A stretch of DNA of 63,845 nt, counting the filler, from Octopus bimaculoides (Eukaryota): NCBI RefSeq assembly GCF_001194135.2. It is 7 parts of 7 records of this genome, joined end to end, with 100 filler letters (N's around TTAATTAATTAA, not from the genome) between each part and the next. Parts side by side here need not be neighbours in the genome. Positions count along the whole stretch, not along the records: positions 1 to 12,332 come from NC_068992.1; 6 more parts are not named here. One strand, written 5' to 3'. The position numbers and the translations under genes are program-made. The stretch's first letter is position 1; each line of letters opens with the position of its first letter. This document shows, one piece after another, positions 1 to 12,432 of this stretch. A model generated the notes under the pieces. The model did not search any database and was not told where the DNA came from. It was given only the letters and a program-made list of their open reading frames with translations.

Positions 1-153
1 CTTCCTGTTTGTCTTCCAAATTCCGCACACAAGACTTTTGTCGGCCCGAGGCTATAGCAGAAGACACTTGTCTGAAATGCCATGCTGTGAGACTGAGCCC
101 GGAACCATGTGGTTGGGAAGCAAACTTCTTATGACACACCACGCATGCCTGCG
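1..153 (-). mobile_element. SINE family A (tRNA-derived head), 5' part
   Basis: Reverse complement of the family-A head seen at 30491-30600 and 43950-44100 (GGTTCCGGG..CAGT B-box region; CAAGTGTCTTCT.CTATAGCCTCGGGCCGAC). Confidence 0.85.
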
Positions 154-400
154 CCACCCGATCCACTATATAACTAGATATACATTACTAATCAAAACTC
201 CATTCCCCCCACATTCTAGACGCCAGGCTCCCGTCAAATTCTGTTGCCCATCCAACCAGTTCTTGTAAAACAAAATGAGAAAAACACCGAAGGGTTCATT
301 CGGTACGGAAATGGAAGATGAGAAGGTTTGCGGGAGGCGGAGTTTTTGCACGTGTTCTATATTGTGTATTGTGAATGGGTGTGCATGTGTATGTTTCCGT

Positions 401-437
<37 letters not shown>

Positions 438-824
438 CGGTAATTTGTGTATGGGAAGGTCAGTCGAATATCATGTGTTTGGCATATATATATATACACA
501 CACATATATGTATATATATATATATATATCTATACATATATATATATATATACATACATACATACATACATACATACATACATGCACACACACACCCACA
601 CACATATTTACATACATACATAATGTTAAGTTTTTTTTAATATATAACTTGACACATCATTGAGAAAATCAATTCATTGTAAAGATAGCATACGTATATA
701 CTCATCTTGATTCATGTTACAGTATCAACAATGTTTCACCTCTGATGACATTGTAATAACAGAGAGAAACAGCTACCGATTTGTAAGCTCCGAATGCAAA
801 TCACTCATTTTATGGTGTTAATAT

Positions 825-913
<89 letters not shown>

Positions 914-2346
914 CGCTGAATGCTGTTCATTTAATAGACAGTGATTTCGTGTATTGGCAAAGCGCAATGAAGAACGGCAATCATATGATCAGACTTCAGC
1001 AGATCTTATATATTCAACGGGAAATTATTGATAATGTTCTGCGGTTTTGAATTCTCCTTTTAAACAATTGCAGCTAACCTGAAGGTAAAGTCTACATCAT
1101 AAGCTTCATTTTAAGGCAGAAAAGCAAAAAGTAGTCAAGTCGTGTCACCTGGATCTTCTCTCGTTTTGCAATTTGATCGTTATAATGTCTGATATGAATA
1201 TTATATGTTAGAGAAAGCTTAGAAATATGGATAAGGTGAATATGGATAATCTTTAGTCTGAGTTACTTTTACTAAGACGGAAAGCATATCAGAATCATTT
1301 AAATTGTTAAAGTTTGTGTTTATATAATTAACGCATGAAACGGTTAATACAGATAGCTAACTAGAAGTAATTGTGGTGCAAAAATAGAACAAAATATACA
1401 CTAACAACAGCAAACAGATGCAGACATATTTCTGCCTTATTTGAATTCATCTGCGAAGCATGGCGTCACTCCATTTATCAAAATTGGAGAGTGATGTAAA
1501 AAGTAAGTGTATGTGCATGATGCTGCATTGGCTAATGCTGGGGAATAGAATTGCTTAGAGAATAAATGGTTGAGCGACACCATATGGATGCAAAAATGAT
1601 AGCTGAATTATTTAAATTAGAAGAATACGTTAAAAATGATGAAAATGACAATACTCCGAACGATGGAAGCAAAATGAAAGAAATATGTAAATGAAACTGA
1701 TGGGAAATTTATGCCAGAGAAATGCTAATCCTAAAAGAATGCAATCTAATTTATGTTTCAGAATCTTCGACTTGAAGAGATAATTAATTTGGTGTTGTTG
1801 TTGTTGTTTTGAGAAATTGAAGAAAAAACGTCATTTATTATCTGTAAAATGGTAAATTGAAAGAATTTCATGAAAGGATATCAACTGAACTGAAGAAACA
1901 TAGATCTACAAAATGCCTTTATAAAATTCCTTCCACAAATTATATTTTAGCATTCGAAGAAAGGAAAGTTTGTTGGCGTTGGGGTTTGTTGGTTATGTTG
2001 AAATATATATTCTTAAAAATAAATAACTAAAAATTATACAAATGTATAAAATATAAAATTCTATGTGGAATTGATGAAAATCGATGAAGCAAACGGCATG
2101 AAATTAGTGTTTTGGCATTCTTGAAGGAAAGAAAATATCGAGAGTTTGGGGAAAACTCATTTGTTTTGAGTTTTTCTTTTCTTTTGTTTTCTATTTCTTT
2201 ATGAACCATTCTTAAAAAGTGAATGATCCCATCAGAAATAAGGCACAATAAATTAGGAAAACATTGTAAATGGTCTGCACTGGTTCTTTGCCATTCTACG
2301 AGGAATCAAAACGTTAAGGAAAGAAGTGCAACTTCGTCTTTCATAT

Positions 2347-2524
2347 CTCTTACTGGTTTCAGTATTCAGACTGCGGCCATGCTGGAGGAATTTTGGTTGA
2401 ATGAATCGACCCTAGCACTTATTTTTTTCAGCCTGGTATTTATACTATCGGTTACGTTTTGCCGAACTGCTAGATAACGGCGACGTTAACACACCGACAC
2501 CGGTTGCCAAGCGGTGGTCGGGGA

Positions 2525-2615
<91 letters not shown>

Positions 2616-2769
2616 AAAACGTGCTTCTTTCAGTTCCAATCCAGTCACAGGCTTTGGTAGGCCCGAGGCTATAATGGGAGACACTTGTACAGGGTATCAC
2701 GCAATGGGACTGAACACTCTACCGTGCGGTTAGGAAGCAAACTTCTTGCTACTCAACCACATCTGCGCC
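2347..2769 (-). mobile_element. SINE family A, near full length, internal (CA)n/(TG)n
   Basis: Family-A 3' end (TTACTGGTTTCAGT..CTGCGGCCATGCTGGAG), internal microsatellite slot and tRNA-like head are all present. Confidence 0.9.
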
Positions 2770-2862
2770 CGATGACCGATAATTTTAAAGAAAACATTAC
2801 AGACTCATAAACGTCTGGTTTCCTTTTTTTTGTCTTGATTTACTTTTGTGTTGTTTTGGCAG

Positions 2863-3082
2863 TGTTTCATTTTCGATTTTCGAGTTTCGAGGAAAGGGCA
2901 GAACCCATGCGCCTTGCGCGCCTTCATTGATGGGTGAGATTCATGGCGTTAATGTTCTGTTTAAAATTTCTTGCAGGTTAACATTTATAGGAAAAATATA
3001 AACGGGGAGGATATTCCAGAGGGATAATGTGCCAGGGATGAAGGATTGTGCTTAGTTATTGGTAAAAAGACAGGAATCGCAG
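2863..3082 (+). other. Candidate non-coding exon(s)
   Basis: Long pyrimidine tract + AG at 2861-2862; GG|gtgaga donor at 2934; ttcttgcag| at 2976; CAG|gtacga donor at 3083. No sustained ORF. No transcript evidence. Confidence 0.2.
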
Positions 3083-3811
3083 GTACGACCAGTTTCTGGC
3101 AAGGACAATGTGCAACGAGAAACCTATATTATGTGTGAGAAGCTCATCGACGTTTCAGATTATTCATACGTATGNNNNNNNNNNNNNNNNNNNNNNNNNN
3201 NNNNNNNNNNNNNNNNNNNNNNNNNNNNNNNNNNNNNNNNNNNNNNNNNNNNNNNNNNNNNNNNNNNNNNNNNNNNNNNNNNNNNNNNNNNNNNNNNNNN
3301 NNNNNNNNNNNNNNNNNNNNNNNNNNNNNNNNNNNNNNNNNNNNNNNNNNNNNNNNNNNNNNNNNNNNNNNNNNNNNNNNNNNNNNNNNNNNNNNNNNNN
3401 NNNNNNNNNNNNNNNNNNNNNNNNNNNNNNNNNNNNNNNNNNNNNNNNNNNNNNNNNNNNNNNNNNNNNNNNNNNNNNNNNNNNNNNNNNNNNNNNNNNN
3501 NNNNNNNNNNNNNNNNNNNNNNNNNNNNNNNNNNNNNNNNNNNNNNNNNNNNNNNNNNNNNNNNNNNNNNNNNNNNNNNNNNNNNNNNNNNNNNNNNNNN
3601 NNNNNNNNNNNNNNNNNNNNNNNNNNNNNNNNNNNNNNNNNNNNNNNNNNNNNNNNNNNNNNNNNNNNNNNNNNNNNNNNNNNNNNNNNNNNNNNNNNNN
3701 NNNNNNNNNNNNNNNNNNNNNNNNNNNNNNNNNNNNNNNNNNNNNNNNNNNNNNNNNNNNNNNNNNNNNNNNNNNNNNNNNNNNNNNNNNNNNNNNNNNN
3801 NNNNNNNNNNN

Positions 3812-3851
<40 letters not shown>

Positions 3852-4228
3852 GAACACGCGCACTCATACACAAATGCAAACACACATGTTATCTAATTGA
3901 AACAAAGACGCACAGTTCTATATAAATATAAAACTTACATATTTTAAAGCATCTTGTTCATATATTAACCTAGCATGTTGGGAAACACTATCAGATCAGG
4001 GAGTATATATCGGGAGGATTTATATCAATTATTGAAAATCAAAGATTAGACAGAAAAACAAACATAAAACATATGAAAAAAAAAAGCATTAAAGAATACA
4101 AATGGATATAATGAATGTTAATTGTATCACTGGCGGTCGTTTCTTTAACTTGCATCTGTCGTGTTTATTTATGTCATGTAAATAACAACGTTTCGCATTG
4201 ACTTTAATCCTCTTTTGTATTTCTGTAG

Positions 4229-4422
4229 AGTCTACGAACAAGCCACGTGTTCTGAAGGGAAGGCCATTGTTCTTATACAGTCTTCGTTGCCCGGTTTCCG
4301 TCTGTTGGATGTATGAGCTATGATGTTATTACGAGAGAGGGGGTCTTTGAAACTCATTCGTACGAAGAACCACAGTGAAGATCAATCTGATGGCTTAATA
4401 TATTGTCTCAATTCTGGCAAAG
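4229..4422 (+). other. Candidate exon with possible start codon (MMLLRERGSLKLIRTKNHSEDQSDGLIYCLNSGK)
   Basis: Acceptor tcttttgtatttctgtag| and consensus donor AAG|gtaagt. ATG at 4320 is open for 34 codons to the donor. No recognisable domain. Confidence 0.3.
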
Positions 4423-4507
4423 GTAAGTCACGAGGAAAATATGAAACGTGGTGTTGGGTCGAAACATCAAAGGACTTCTTTAACCTTTGACTGGCTACTC
4501 CACTTTT

Positions 4508-4560
<53 letters not shown>

Positions 4561-5502
4561 NNNNNNNNNNNNNNNNNNNNNNNNNNNNNNNNNNNNNNNN
4601 NNNNNNNNNNNNNNNNNNNNNNNNNNNNNNNNNNNNNNNNNNNNNNNNNNNNNNNNNNNNNNNNNNNNNNNNNNNNNNNNNNNNNNNNNNNNNNNNNNNN
4701 NNNNNNNNNNNNNNNNNNNNNNNNNNNNNNNNNNNNNNNNNNNNNNNNNNNNNNNNNNNNNNNNNNNNNNNNNNNNNNNNNNNNNNNNNNNNNNNNNNNN
4801 NNNNNNNNNNNNNNNNNNNNNNNNNNNNNNNNNNNNNNNNNNNNNNNNNNNNNNNNNNNNNNNNNNNNNNNNNNNNNNNNNNNNNNNNNNNNNNNNNNNN
4901 NNNNNNNNNNNNNNNNNNNNNNNNNNNNNNNNNNNNNNNNNNNNNNNNNNNNNNNNNNNNNNNNNNNNNNNNNNNNNNNNNNNNNNNNNNNNNNNNNNNN
5001 NNNNNNNNNNNNNNNNNNNNNNNNNNNNNNNNNNNNNNNNNNNNNNNNNNNNNNNNNNNNNNNNNNNNNNNNNNNNNNNNNNNNNNNNNNNNNNNNNNNN
5101 NNNNNNNNNNNNNNNNNNNNNNNNNNNNNNNNNNNNNNNNNNNNNNNNNNNNNNNNNNNNNNNNNNNNNNNNNNNNNNNNNNNNNNNNNNNNNNNNNNNN
5201 NNNNNNNNNNNNNNNNNNNNNNNNNNNNNNNNNNNNNNNNNNNNNNNNNNNNNNNNNNNNNNNNNNNNNNNNNNNNNNNNNNNNNNNNNNNNNNNNNNNN
5301 NNNNNNNNNNNNNNNNNNNNNNNNNNNNNNNNNNNNNNNNNNNNNNNNNNNNNNNNNNNNNNNNNNNNNNNNNNNNNNNNNNNNNNNNNNNNNNNNNNNN
5401 NNNNNNNNNNNNNNNNNNNNNNNNNNNNNNNNNNNNNNNNNNNNNNNNNNNNNNNNNNNNNNNNNNNNNNNNNNNNNNNNNNNNNNNNNNNNNNNNNNNN
5501 NN

Positions 5503-5855
5503 GGTTCCGGGTTCAGCATTGCGTGGCACTTTCGGCAAGTGTCTTCTACTATAGCTTTGGGCCAGCAAAAACACTGTAAGGGGATTTGGTAGATGGAAAC
5601 TGAAAGAATTCCGTCGTATATATGTGTGTGTGTGTGTGTGTGTGTGGCTGTGTTTCTCCCTTACCACCACTTCATACCCGGTGTTGGTTTGTTTACGACC
5701 CCGTAACTTAGCGGTTATACAAAAGGATCCCGATAGAATAAGTAGCAGACTTTGAAAAAAGTCCTGGGATCGATTCGTTCGACTAAAATTTTTACCAGAC
5801 AGTGCCCCAGTATGGCCGCTGTCAAATGACTGAAACAAGTAAGAGATAAAAGATA
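5503..5855 (+). mobile_element. SINE family A, 5' end lost in gap
   Basis: GGTTCCGGGTTCAG..CAAGTGTCTTCTACTATAGC..(TG)n..GGCCGCTGTCAAATGACTGAAACAAGTAAGAG. Confidence 0.9.
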
Positions 5856-5962
5856 ACGGTGCCGAATGCCATTTTAGATCTGGAACTCAAAGGAAACGTT
5901 TACATCACAGTACTGTTTCGAAATTGCGATACGATTTGTTATTTTTTTATCGCCTGCCTTTA

Positions 5963-6125
5963 CCGTATTTTAAAGTGTATAAAGAACCCTTTTTCGACAA
6001 AAATTAGGTTTAAAAAATATGGGAATTCCTTATACATGAATAGAATTATATTCCCTTACAAAACCCTTTTTCCAAATTTTAAGCCCCTAAGGGTTAGGGG
6101 GTCCCTTATACACGTTAAAATACGG
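5963..6125. mobile_element. Tc1/mariner(pogo)-type MITE
   Basis: 27-bp TIRs, 24/27 matching (CCGTATTTTAAAGTGTATAAAGAACCC vs rc CCGTATTTTAACGTGTATAAGGGACCC), with TA on both sides (5961-5962, 6126-6127). Confidence 0.8.
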
Positions 6126-6397
6126 TAATTATTGTAATGACAGAAAGAAGAGAGAAAGGAAAGAGGAAGAAAAGATTAAATATGATTTTTATATCATTTT
6201 ATAGGAAGAGTGAGTAATGAATAGTTTTTTAATTGAGATTAGAAACCGTTTCGCTGTCTCACCTTGTTGGAAGTTTCTTTTACTGTACAGTATTCTCCCC
6301 AACCTTCAATAATAAACAATATAAAAATATATATTAAAACAACAGTAGACAGATAAAAATAGTTAAGGAAGGGTCGGCTGTAGTTAAGATAAATTGG

Positions 6398-6603
6398 TCT
6401 CAAATTTTGGCACAAGGCTAGCAATTTCGGGGGAGTGGATGAGTCGATTACGTCGGCTCCCAGTGCACAACTGGTACTACTGAACTCGAATGGATGAAAA
6501 GAAAATTCCACTCTGGCAGCCTTAATGAACTAAGAACGTATAGATAGACGAAATGCCGCAAAGCATTTCGTCCGGCGTGCTACCGATTCTGTCCGCTTTC
6601 TGC
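6398..6603 (-). mobile_element. SINE family B, diverged
   Basis: rc of family-B body (GCAGAATCGGTAGCACGCCGGACGAAATGC...; 3' CCTTGTGCCAAAATTTGA). Confidence 0.8.
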
Positions 6604-6625
6604 CATTGAAGCTTCCAAGTAATTC

Positions 6626-6803
6626 TTTTACTTGTTTCAGTAATCCGATTGCGACCATGCTGGAGCACCGCCTTTAGTCGAACAAATCGACCCCAGGACT
6701 TACTCTTTGTAAGCCTAGCACTTATTCTATCAGTTTCTTTTGCAAAACCGCTAAGTAACGGGGGACGTAAATGCACCAGCATCGGTTGTCAAGTGATGTT
6801 GGG

Positions 6804-6848
<45 letters not shown>

Positions 6849-6969
6849 TTCCGTCTACCAAATCCACTCAGAAGGCTTTGGTCGGCACGAGGCTATAGTA
6901 GAAGACTCTTGCCCAAGGGTCCACGCGGTGGGACTGAACCTGGAACCATATGGTTGGTAAGCAAGCTTG
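6626..6969 (-). mobile_element. SINE family A
   Basis: Family-A 3' end, (CA)n slot and head to GGTTGGTAAGCAAGC. Confidence 0.9.
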
Positions 6970-7004
6970 TTTTTTAAGGCAAGCACAAGACCTCAAATAT
7001 GTTT

Positions 7005-7325
7005 AAAGGGCTACAGTCGATTAAATCTACCCTAGTACTTGACAGGTACGTTATTTTATCGACCTCTGATGCAGAAGGGTCGAAGTTAACTTCGGCGGGG
7101 TTCGAACTCAAAACGTAAAGTCACACCCCAAGACCTTATTAATTATTGCTTTCAAGTTTGGAGCCAAGGCCAGCAATTACGGGGAAGAGGAGAAGTCGAT
7201 TACATCGAGCTCAGTGCTCAATTGGTAATTAATGTACTTAGCCAGAAAGGATGAAAGGCAAAGTCGACCTCCGTGGAATTTGAACACAGAACGGCGTGCT
7301 AACGATTCTGACAGCTTACCGCCTT
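7005..7325 (-). mobile_element. Two partial SINE family B copies
   Basis: TTTTATCGACC..GAACTCAAAACGTAAAG (7005-7117) and GTCGATTACATCG..GGATGAAAGGCAAAGTCGACCTC (7150-7325). Confidence 0.75.
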
Positions 7326-7439
7326 GGACCTTATTAATTATTAAGAGCGATTTTATATGGCTTTCTGTCATTACTAACAACTCTCCCAACACCCTGCTGC
7401 TGCATATTAAATTAATTTCTTAAATTGTTTCATATGTCC

Positions 7440-7501
7440 CCTCTCACTCACTCACGCTCTCTCTCTCTCTCCCTCTCTCTCTCTCCCTCTCTCTTTCTCT
7501 C

Positions 7502-7574
<73 letters not shown>

Positions 7575-7959
7575 GTGTTCTTGATTTCATGGAATACAGA
7601 CACGGCATCAATCACCCGGGTTCTGTTTAATGGCCCGAAGAAAGTCCTTATGTTAAGCTGGGTGGTGAAACTATCGAGTTACCCCCAAATTAATGAACTT
7701 GAAATCACTTAAGAGACAAAATTGGATCGACCACTCACACACATATACACGCTCGTACTAGCACACACGCACGCACGAGCGCGAACGCTGTGTATTTACA
7801 TTTATATAAATATGTGTGTGTGTGTGTGTATGTGTATATATATGTGTGTATATATATAAATATATATACACGAGAAGGAGAGAGATACGATTGTGCATAT
7901 AAAGATAGATAAACAGATAGAACGAGGGAGATATATAGATAGGCTGACAGACAGACAGT

Positions 7960-8026
<67 letters not shown>

Positions 8027-8328
8027 GCGGATAGATAGATAGATAGATAGAGAAGAGAGAGAGGGGAGCATAAAATGCATACACGAGCATTCATGCATTC
8101 ATATATAAGCATACACACACATACATGTTTGTTTGCTTGTGTGTGTGTGTGTGTGTGTGTGTGTCTGTCTGTCTGTCTGTGTCTGTGTCTGTGTCTGTGT
8201 CTGTGTCTGTGTGCAGACGTCTGTCTCTCAAGAGACAAGCAAAACAGACATACAGGCAGATAGGAAGATATTGGTAGTCAGATTCATGGATTGATGGATA
8301 AATAGACAGATGTACAGACCTGGATAAT

Positions 8329-8411
<83 letters not shown>

Positions 8412-8578
8412 GATAGATAGAATGAGAGAGAGAGAGAGAGAGAGAGATACACAGACAGACAAACAGACAGACACACAGACACACACAGACACACACACAG
8501 ACACACACACAGACACACAAGCAGACAAACAGATAGATAGACAGGCAGACAGACAGACAAACAGACAGATGAATGGAC

Positions 8579-8630
<52 letters not shown>
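7440..8630. repeat. Compound microsatellite block: (CT)n, (GACA)n, (TG)n, (GATA)n
   Basis: Directly visible tandem di-, tetra- and hexanucleotide runs, with a short unique spacer at about 7570-7730. Confidence 0.95.
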
Positions 8631-8631
<1 letters not shown>

Positions 8632-8680
8632 TCAAACATGTTTGGCATATGTCTTGTCAAATGAATGCTAACGAGAGTGC

Positions 8681-8920
8681 CGCACGAATGCCACACGGGT
8701 GGCACACGGGTTTCACACGGATGTGACACGTGTAATACAAGCTATCATATCTGTGTACGCACGTGTACAGTTGTGCCGCAGTGGACCAGAAGTGTTGGCA
8801 GCGGAGATGGATGCGGCAGAGGAGGAGCGGCAGTGCTACAAGCAATAAATAAACAGACTAACTATATGCTAAATGCAGGCCTTTGCACTCTGGCGCTGCT
8901 GACTCCGTCTGCATTTGCAT
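8681..8920. promoter_or_regulatory. GC-richer unique island with 11-bp-phased CACG array, two E-boxes and an octamer
   Basis: CACG at 8683, 8694, 8705, 8716, 8727 and 8760; CACGTG at 8727 and 8760; ATTTGCAT at 8913-8920. Regulatory role is inference. Confidence 0.3.
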
Positions 8921-9308
8921 AGATGCCGATGACGTAGCAGACAAATCTGGTGCATGAAAATTATACAAAAATGCACACATGAGGACCACTCACACTAAAG
9001 CAGAAAATAGAAACCTATACACACGTATATACATATATATATATACAGAGAGAGAGAGAGCGAGAGAGAGAGAGAGAGAGNNNNNNNNNNNNNNNNNNNN
9101 NNNNNNNNNNNNNNNNNNNNNNNNNNNNNNNNNNNNNNNNNNNNNNNNNNNNNNNNNNNNNNNNNNNNNNNNNNNNNNNNNNNNNNNNNNNNNNNNNNNN
9201 NNNNNNNNNNNNNNNNNNNNNNNNNNNNNNNNNNNNNNNNNNNNNNNNNNNNNNNNNNNNNNNNNNNNNNNNNNNNNNNNNNNNNNNNNNNNNNNNNNNN
9301 NNNNNNNN

Positions 9309-9348
<40 letters not shown>

Positions 9349-9361
9349 CAGAGAGAGAGAG

Positions 9362-9407
<46 letters not shown>

Positions 9408-9637
9408 GCAGACAGACAGACAGACAGAGACAGACAGACATAGACAGACAGACAGAGACAGACAGACAGCTGGAGAAAGAAAGAAATGGATAGATAGATA
9501 GATAGATATACATATACACACACAGGTATACATACATGTAAATATAATCTCTATAAATGTATATAGGTGTGTGTGTGTGCACGCGTCTTTTGCGTATGTG
9601 TCTCTCTCTCTCTCTCTCTCATTGTGTGTGTGTGTGT

Positions 9638-9688
<51 letters not shown>

Positions 9689-10199
9689 GTAGTAGAAGGG
9701 ATTAAGAAATTCAGGCAGATATTTATAATGCACGCAGTGTTAAGCGAATTTTGTTTCGTTTAACACAAAGGTAATTGCTTTTCCTATAATCTAATATGCA
9801 TAATTTTTTCTACTATTTTTTTCAGCATATTTAATAAATAGATAACTAATTGCCGTGACTTAAAGTTTCTATATTTATTTTTCATTCTTTTATCAACAAA
9901 CGACAGCATCAAAAATTAAATCTAATACTAAACTCGCTTTTCTTAATGTTATTTTTGCACGCTCTCATGTTATTGGATATATTTTCACTGTACTCTTGAA
10001 TCTAACTCATTTAGGATTGCCTTGGTAACGTTTCGTTAACACATATTTTCGAATATATTAATTAGCCTAGTATTTTAGACCTTTTTTCTGTATCTAAATA
10101 TGCTGGCACAATAGAAACGATCGGCGGTAATGTATGGTGTAATAACTAATTAAAGGACATTCACGTTTTTGTTATATCTATTTCTATATGTGTGCAGTC

Positions 10200-10560
10200 G
10201 AGGCGCAATGGCCCAGTGGTTAGAGCAGCGGACATACGATCGCGGTTTCGATTCCCAGACTGGGCGTTGTGAGAGTTTGAGCGAAAACACCTAAATTTCC
10301 ACGAGGCTCCTGCAGCGGGTAGTGGCGAACCCTGCTGTACTCTTTCACCGCAACTTTCTCTGGCTCTTTCTTCCTGTTTCTGTTGTACCTGTATTTCAAA
10401 GGGCAAACCTTGTCACACTCTGTGTCACGCTGAATATCCCCGAGAACTACGTTAAGGGTACACGTGTCTGTGGAGTGCTCAGCCACTTGCACATTAATTT
10501 CATGAGCAGGCTGTTCCGCTGATCGGATGAACTGGAACCCTCCTCGTCGCAACCGACGGA
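10200..10560 (+). mobile_element. SINE family C (tRNA-derived)
   Basis: A-box TGGCCCAGTGG, B-box GGTTTCGATTCC; body matches the copies at 22188, 48778 and 49894. Confidence 0.9.
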
Positions 10561-10966
10561 GAATGGAGCGGGTAGTGCTGTCCTCGAGTGTGCTTATTGA
10601 AAGGGAGGTGACAGTTGGGAAAATGGCAAGAGTGAATGGTACCTCTCTAAGTGCAGTCGGAGAGAAGGAATTGGAGTGAGCACTTGCTCTTGGGGTATCA
10701 GGGAAATCTCGGGTTCCTCGGTTATCCCTAGAGGTCTTCCTGTATCAGGAGGGTCACATCTCCATCATCCTCCCCGCCACTTCCTTTAACCCCTGTATGC
10801 TATGCATATGTCCCTTCTTTTTCAGTGTATACCGTTTATACTTTCTTTTTTTTTTATCATTTCATTATTATATGTAACCCCTCACACTTTATGTCTGTCT
10901 TTGTATTGTCCCCTCATCTTTCGCCCTTGTGGAAAATAAAGGAAATCATCATCATCATCATCATCA
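10561..10966 (+). mobile_element. 3' end of a non-LTR retrotransposon (clade uncertain, possibly L1/Tx1-type)
   Basis: Short frame ending ..VTVGKMARVNGTSLS.., then a UTR, AATAAA and an (ATC)n tail. Its peptide end resembles that of the element at 24656-25015. Confidence 0.5.
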
Positions 10967-10971
10967 ACATT

Positions 10972-11167
10972 AGGGCAGCGACCTGGTTGAATCGTTAGCA
11001 AGTCGGGCAAAATGCTCAGCGGCATTTGGTCCATCTTTACGTTCTGAGTTCGAATTCTGCCGAGGTCGACTTTGCCTTTCATCCATTCGGGGTCGATAAA
11101 TTAAGTACCAGTGAAACATTGGGGTCGATGTAATCGACTAGTCCCTTACCAACAAATTTCAGGCTTT
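10972..11167 (+). mobile_element. SINE family B
   Basis: GAATCGTTAGC..CTGAGTTCGAATTCTGCCGAGGTCGACTTTGCCTTTCATCC..GGGGTCGATAAATTAAGTACC, followed by an (ATT)n/(GTT)n tail. Confidence 0.9.
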
Positions 11168-11189
11168 TATTATTATTATTAATATTATT

Positions 11190-11227
<38 letters not shown>

Positions 11228-11962
11228 CGTTGTTGTTAGTAGTAGTAGTAGTAGACCGTGGGTATATGAAACCAAGTTTTGCTTAACCAATACCCTGTAG
11301 AGATTGGGATTGTCAGGTACAGCGAAATCGATTTCTTGTTACCAGAAAGGACGTGTATCTTAAAATGGCGAGGAGAGGGTTGTTTGAAATACTTAAAAAC
11401 ACCGTCAGCTTGATCAGTGGTAGTCTTCGATCTATCCTGTGTTCTTTGGACAATTGTGACTGGGCCTGTATCTTCTCTTCCATCGAGTGACTTAGGCCTT
11501 ATTTTGCCTGTACCTCGGTGGAACGTTTTTCAAGGGTACTATGGTGTCATTTGAAACAGAATACCTCACTTCATGACTGGCGTGTTATTTTAGCTGATCT
11601 GGATTAGTGGAGAGATCAAACCTAAATTGAAATATCCTGTTGTACCGTTTGATGCTGATCGATAATAATCGAGAAGCTGCAAGATATTTGATGATACATA
11701 CATATATATTTGTATGTGTGCGCCTCTGTGTGTGTGTGTGTATATCTGTGTGTGTGCACGTGTAGGTGAGTGATTGGTGTTAGTCAGAAAGGTGTGTGGT
11801 GACTTAACTAGCCTTAAACCTTCGTACGTAACGTTGCATCATACAGGCAGCCCTGTGAGGATGGGCAGTTATATTCAACGAGTGGAAAAGGGAAAAGATG
11901 ACATCATGTAACCACATACATATGCGGATATAAGCTTGCATCTTTACAAGCATTCATTCATA

Positions 11963-12003
<41 letters not shown>

Positions 12004-12030
12004 GACAAGTTACCTAACTGTCGGTCGAGT

Positions 12031-12210
12031 CCCAACGTTCGAAACGCGGAGTAGATAAAGCAGGGTACAACTGATGATGGGAATGTTCTTTATGTTGCCG
12101 GTCTCGTTTCTCTATTTGTTTCTTTCGTTGCTCGAAAAGAAGTTCGTTTTCCATGTTTTTTTTTTATGTTCTCGTTTTTCATTTTGCTCACGATTTTTGA
12201 CGTCCTGTAC
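12031..12210 (+). mobile_element. Dispersed repeat F (possibly Penelope-like terminus)
   Basis: Homologous to 40540-40720 (TTCGAAACG..GTAGATAAA..CAACTGATGA..TTTGACGTCCTGTAC). Confidence 0.6.
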
Positions 12211-12271
12211 ATGCATATATGTATATATATACATATATATATAGGTATGTACGTATATGTATATATGCATT

Positions 12272-12332
<61 letters not shown>

Positions 12333-12432
12333 NNNNNNNNNNNNNNNNNNNNNNNNNNNNNNNNNNNNNNNNNNNNTTAATTAATTAANNNNNNNNNNNN
12401 NNNNNNNNNNNNNNNNNNNNNNNNNNNNNNNN
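12333..12432. other. Assembly spacer N44-TTAATTAATTAA-N44 (also at 21640, 47611, 50792, 58583, 60866)
   Basis: Identical 100-bp structure six times; the 12-mer gives stops in all six frames. Confidence 0.95.

Noticed and set aside
2934-2976. 43-nt GT-AG intron
   Set aside because: Unusually short, and splicing it yields no open frame; kept only within a low-confidence exon candidate.
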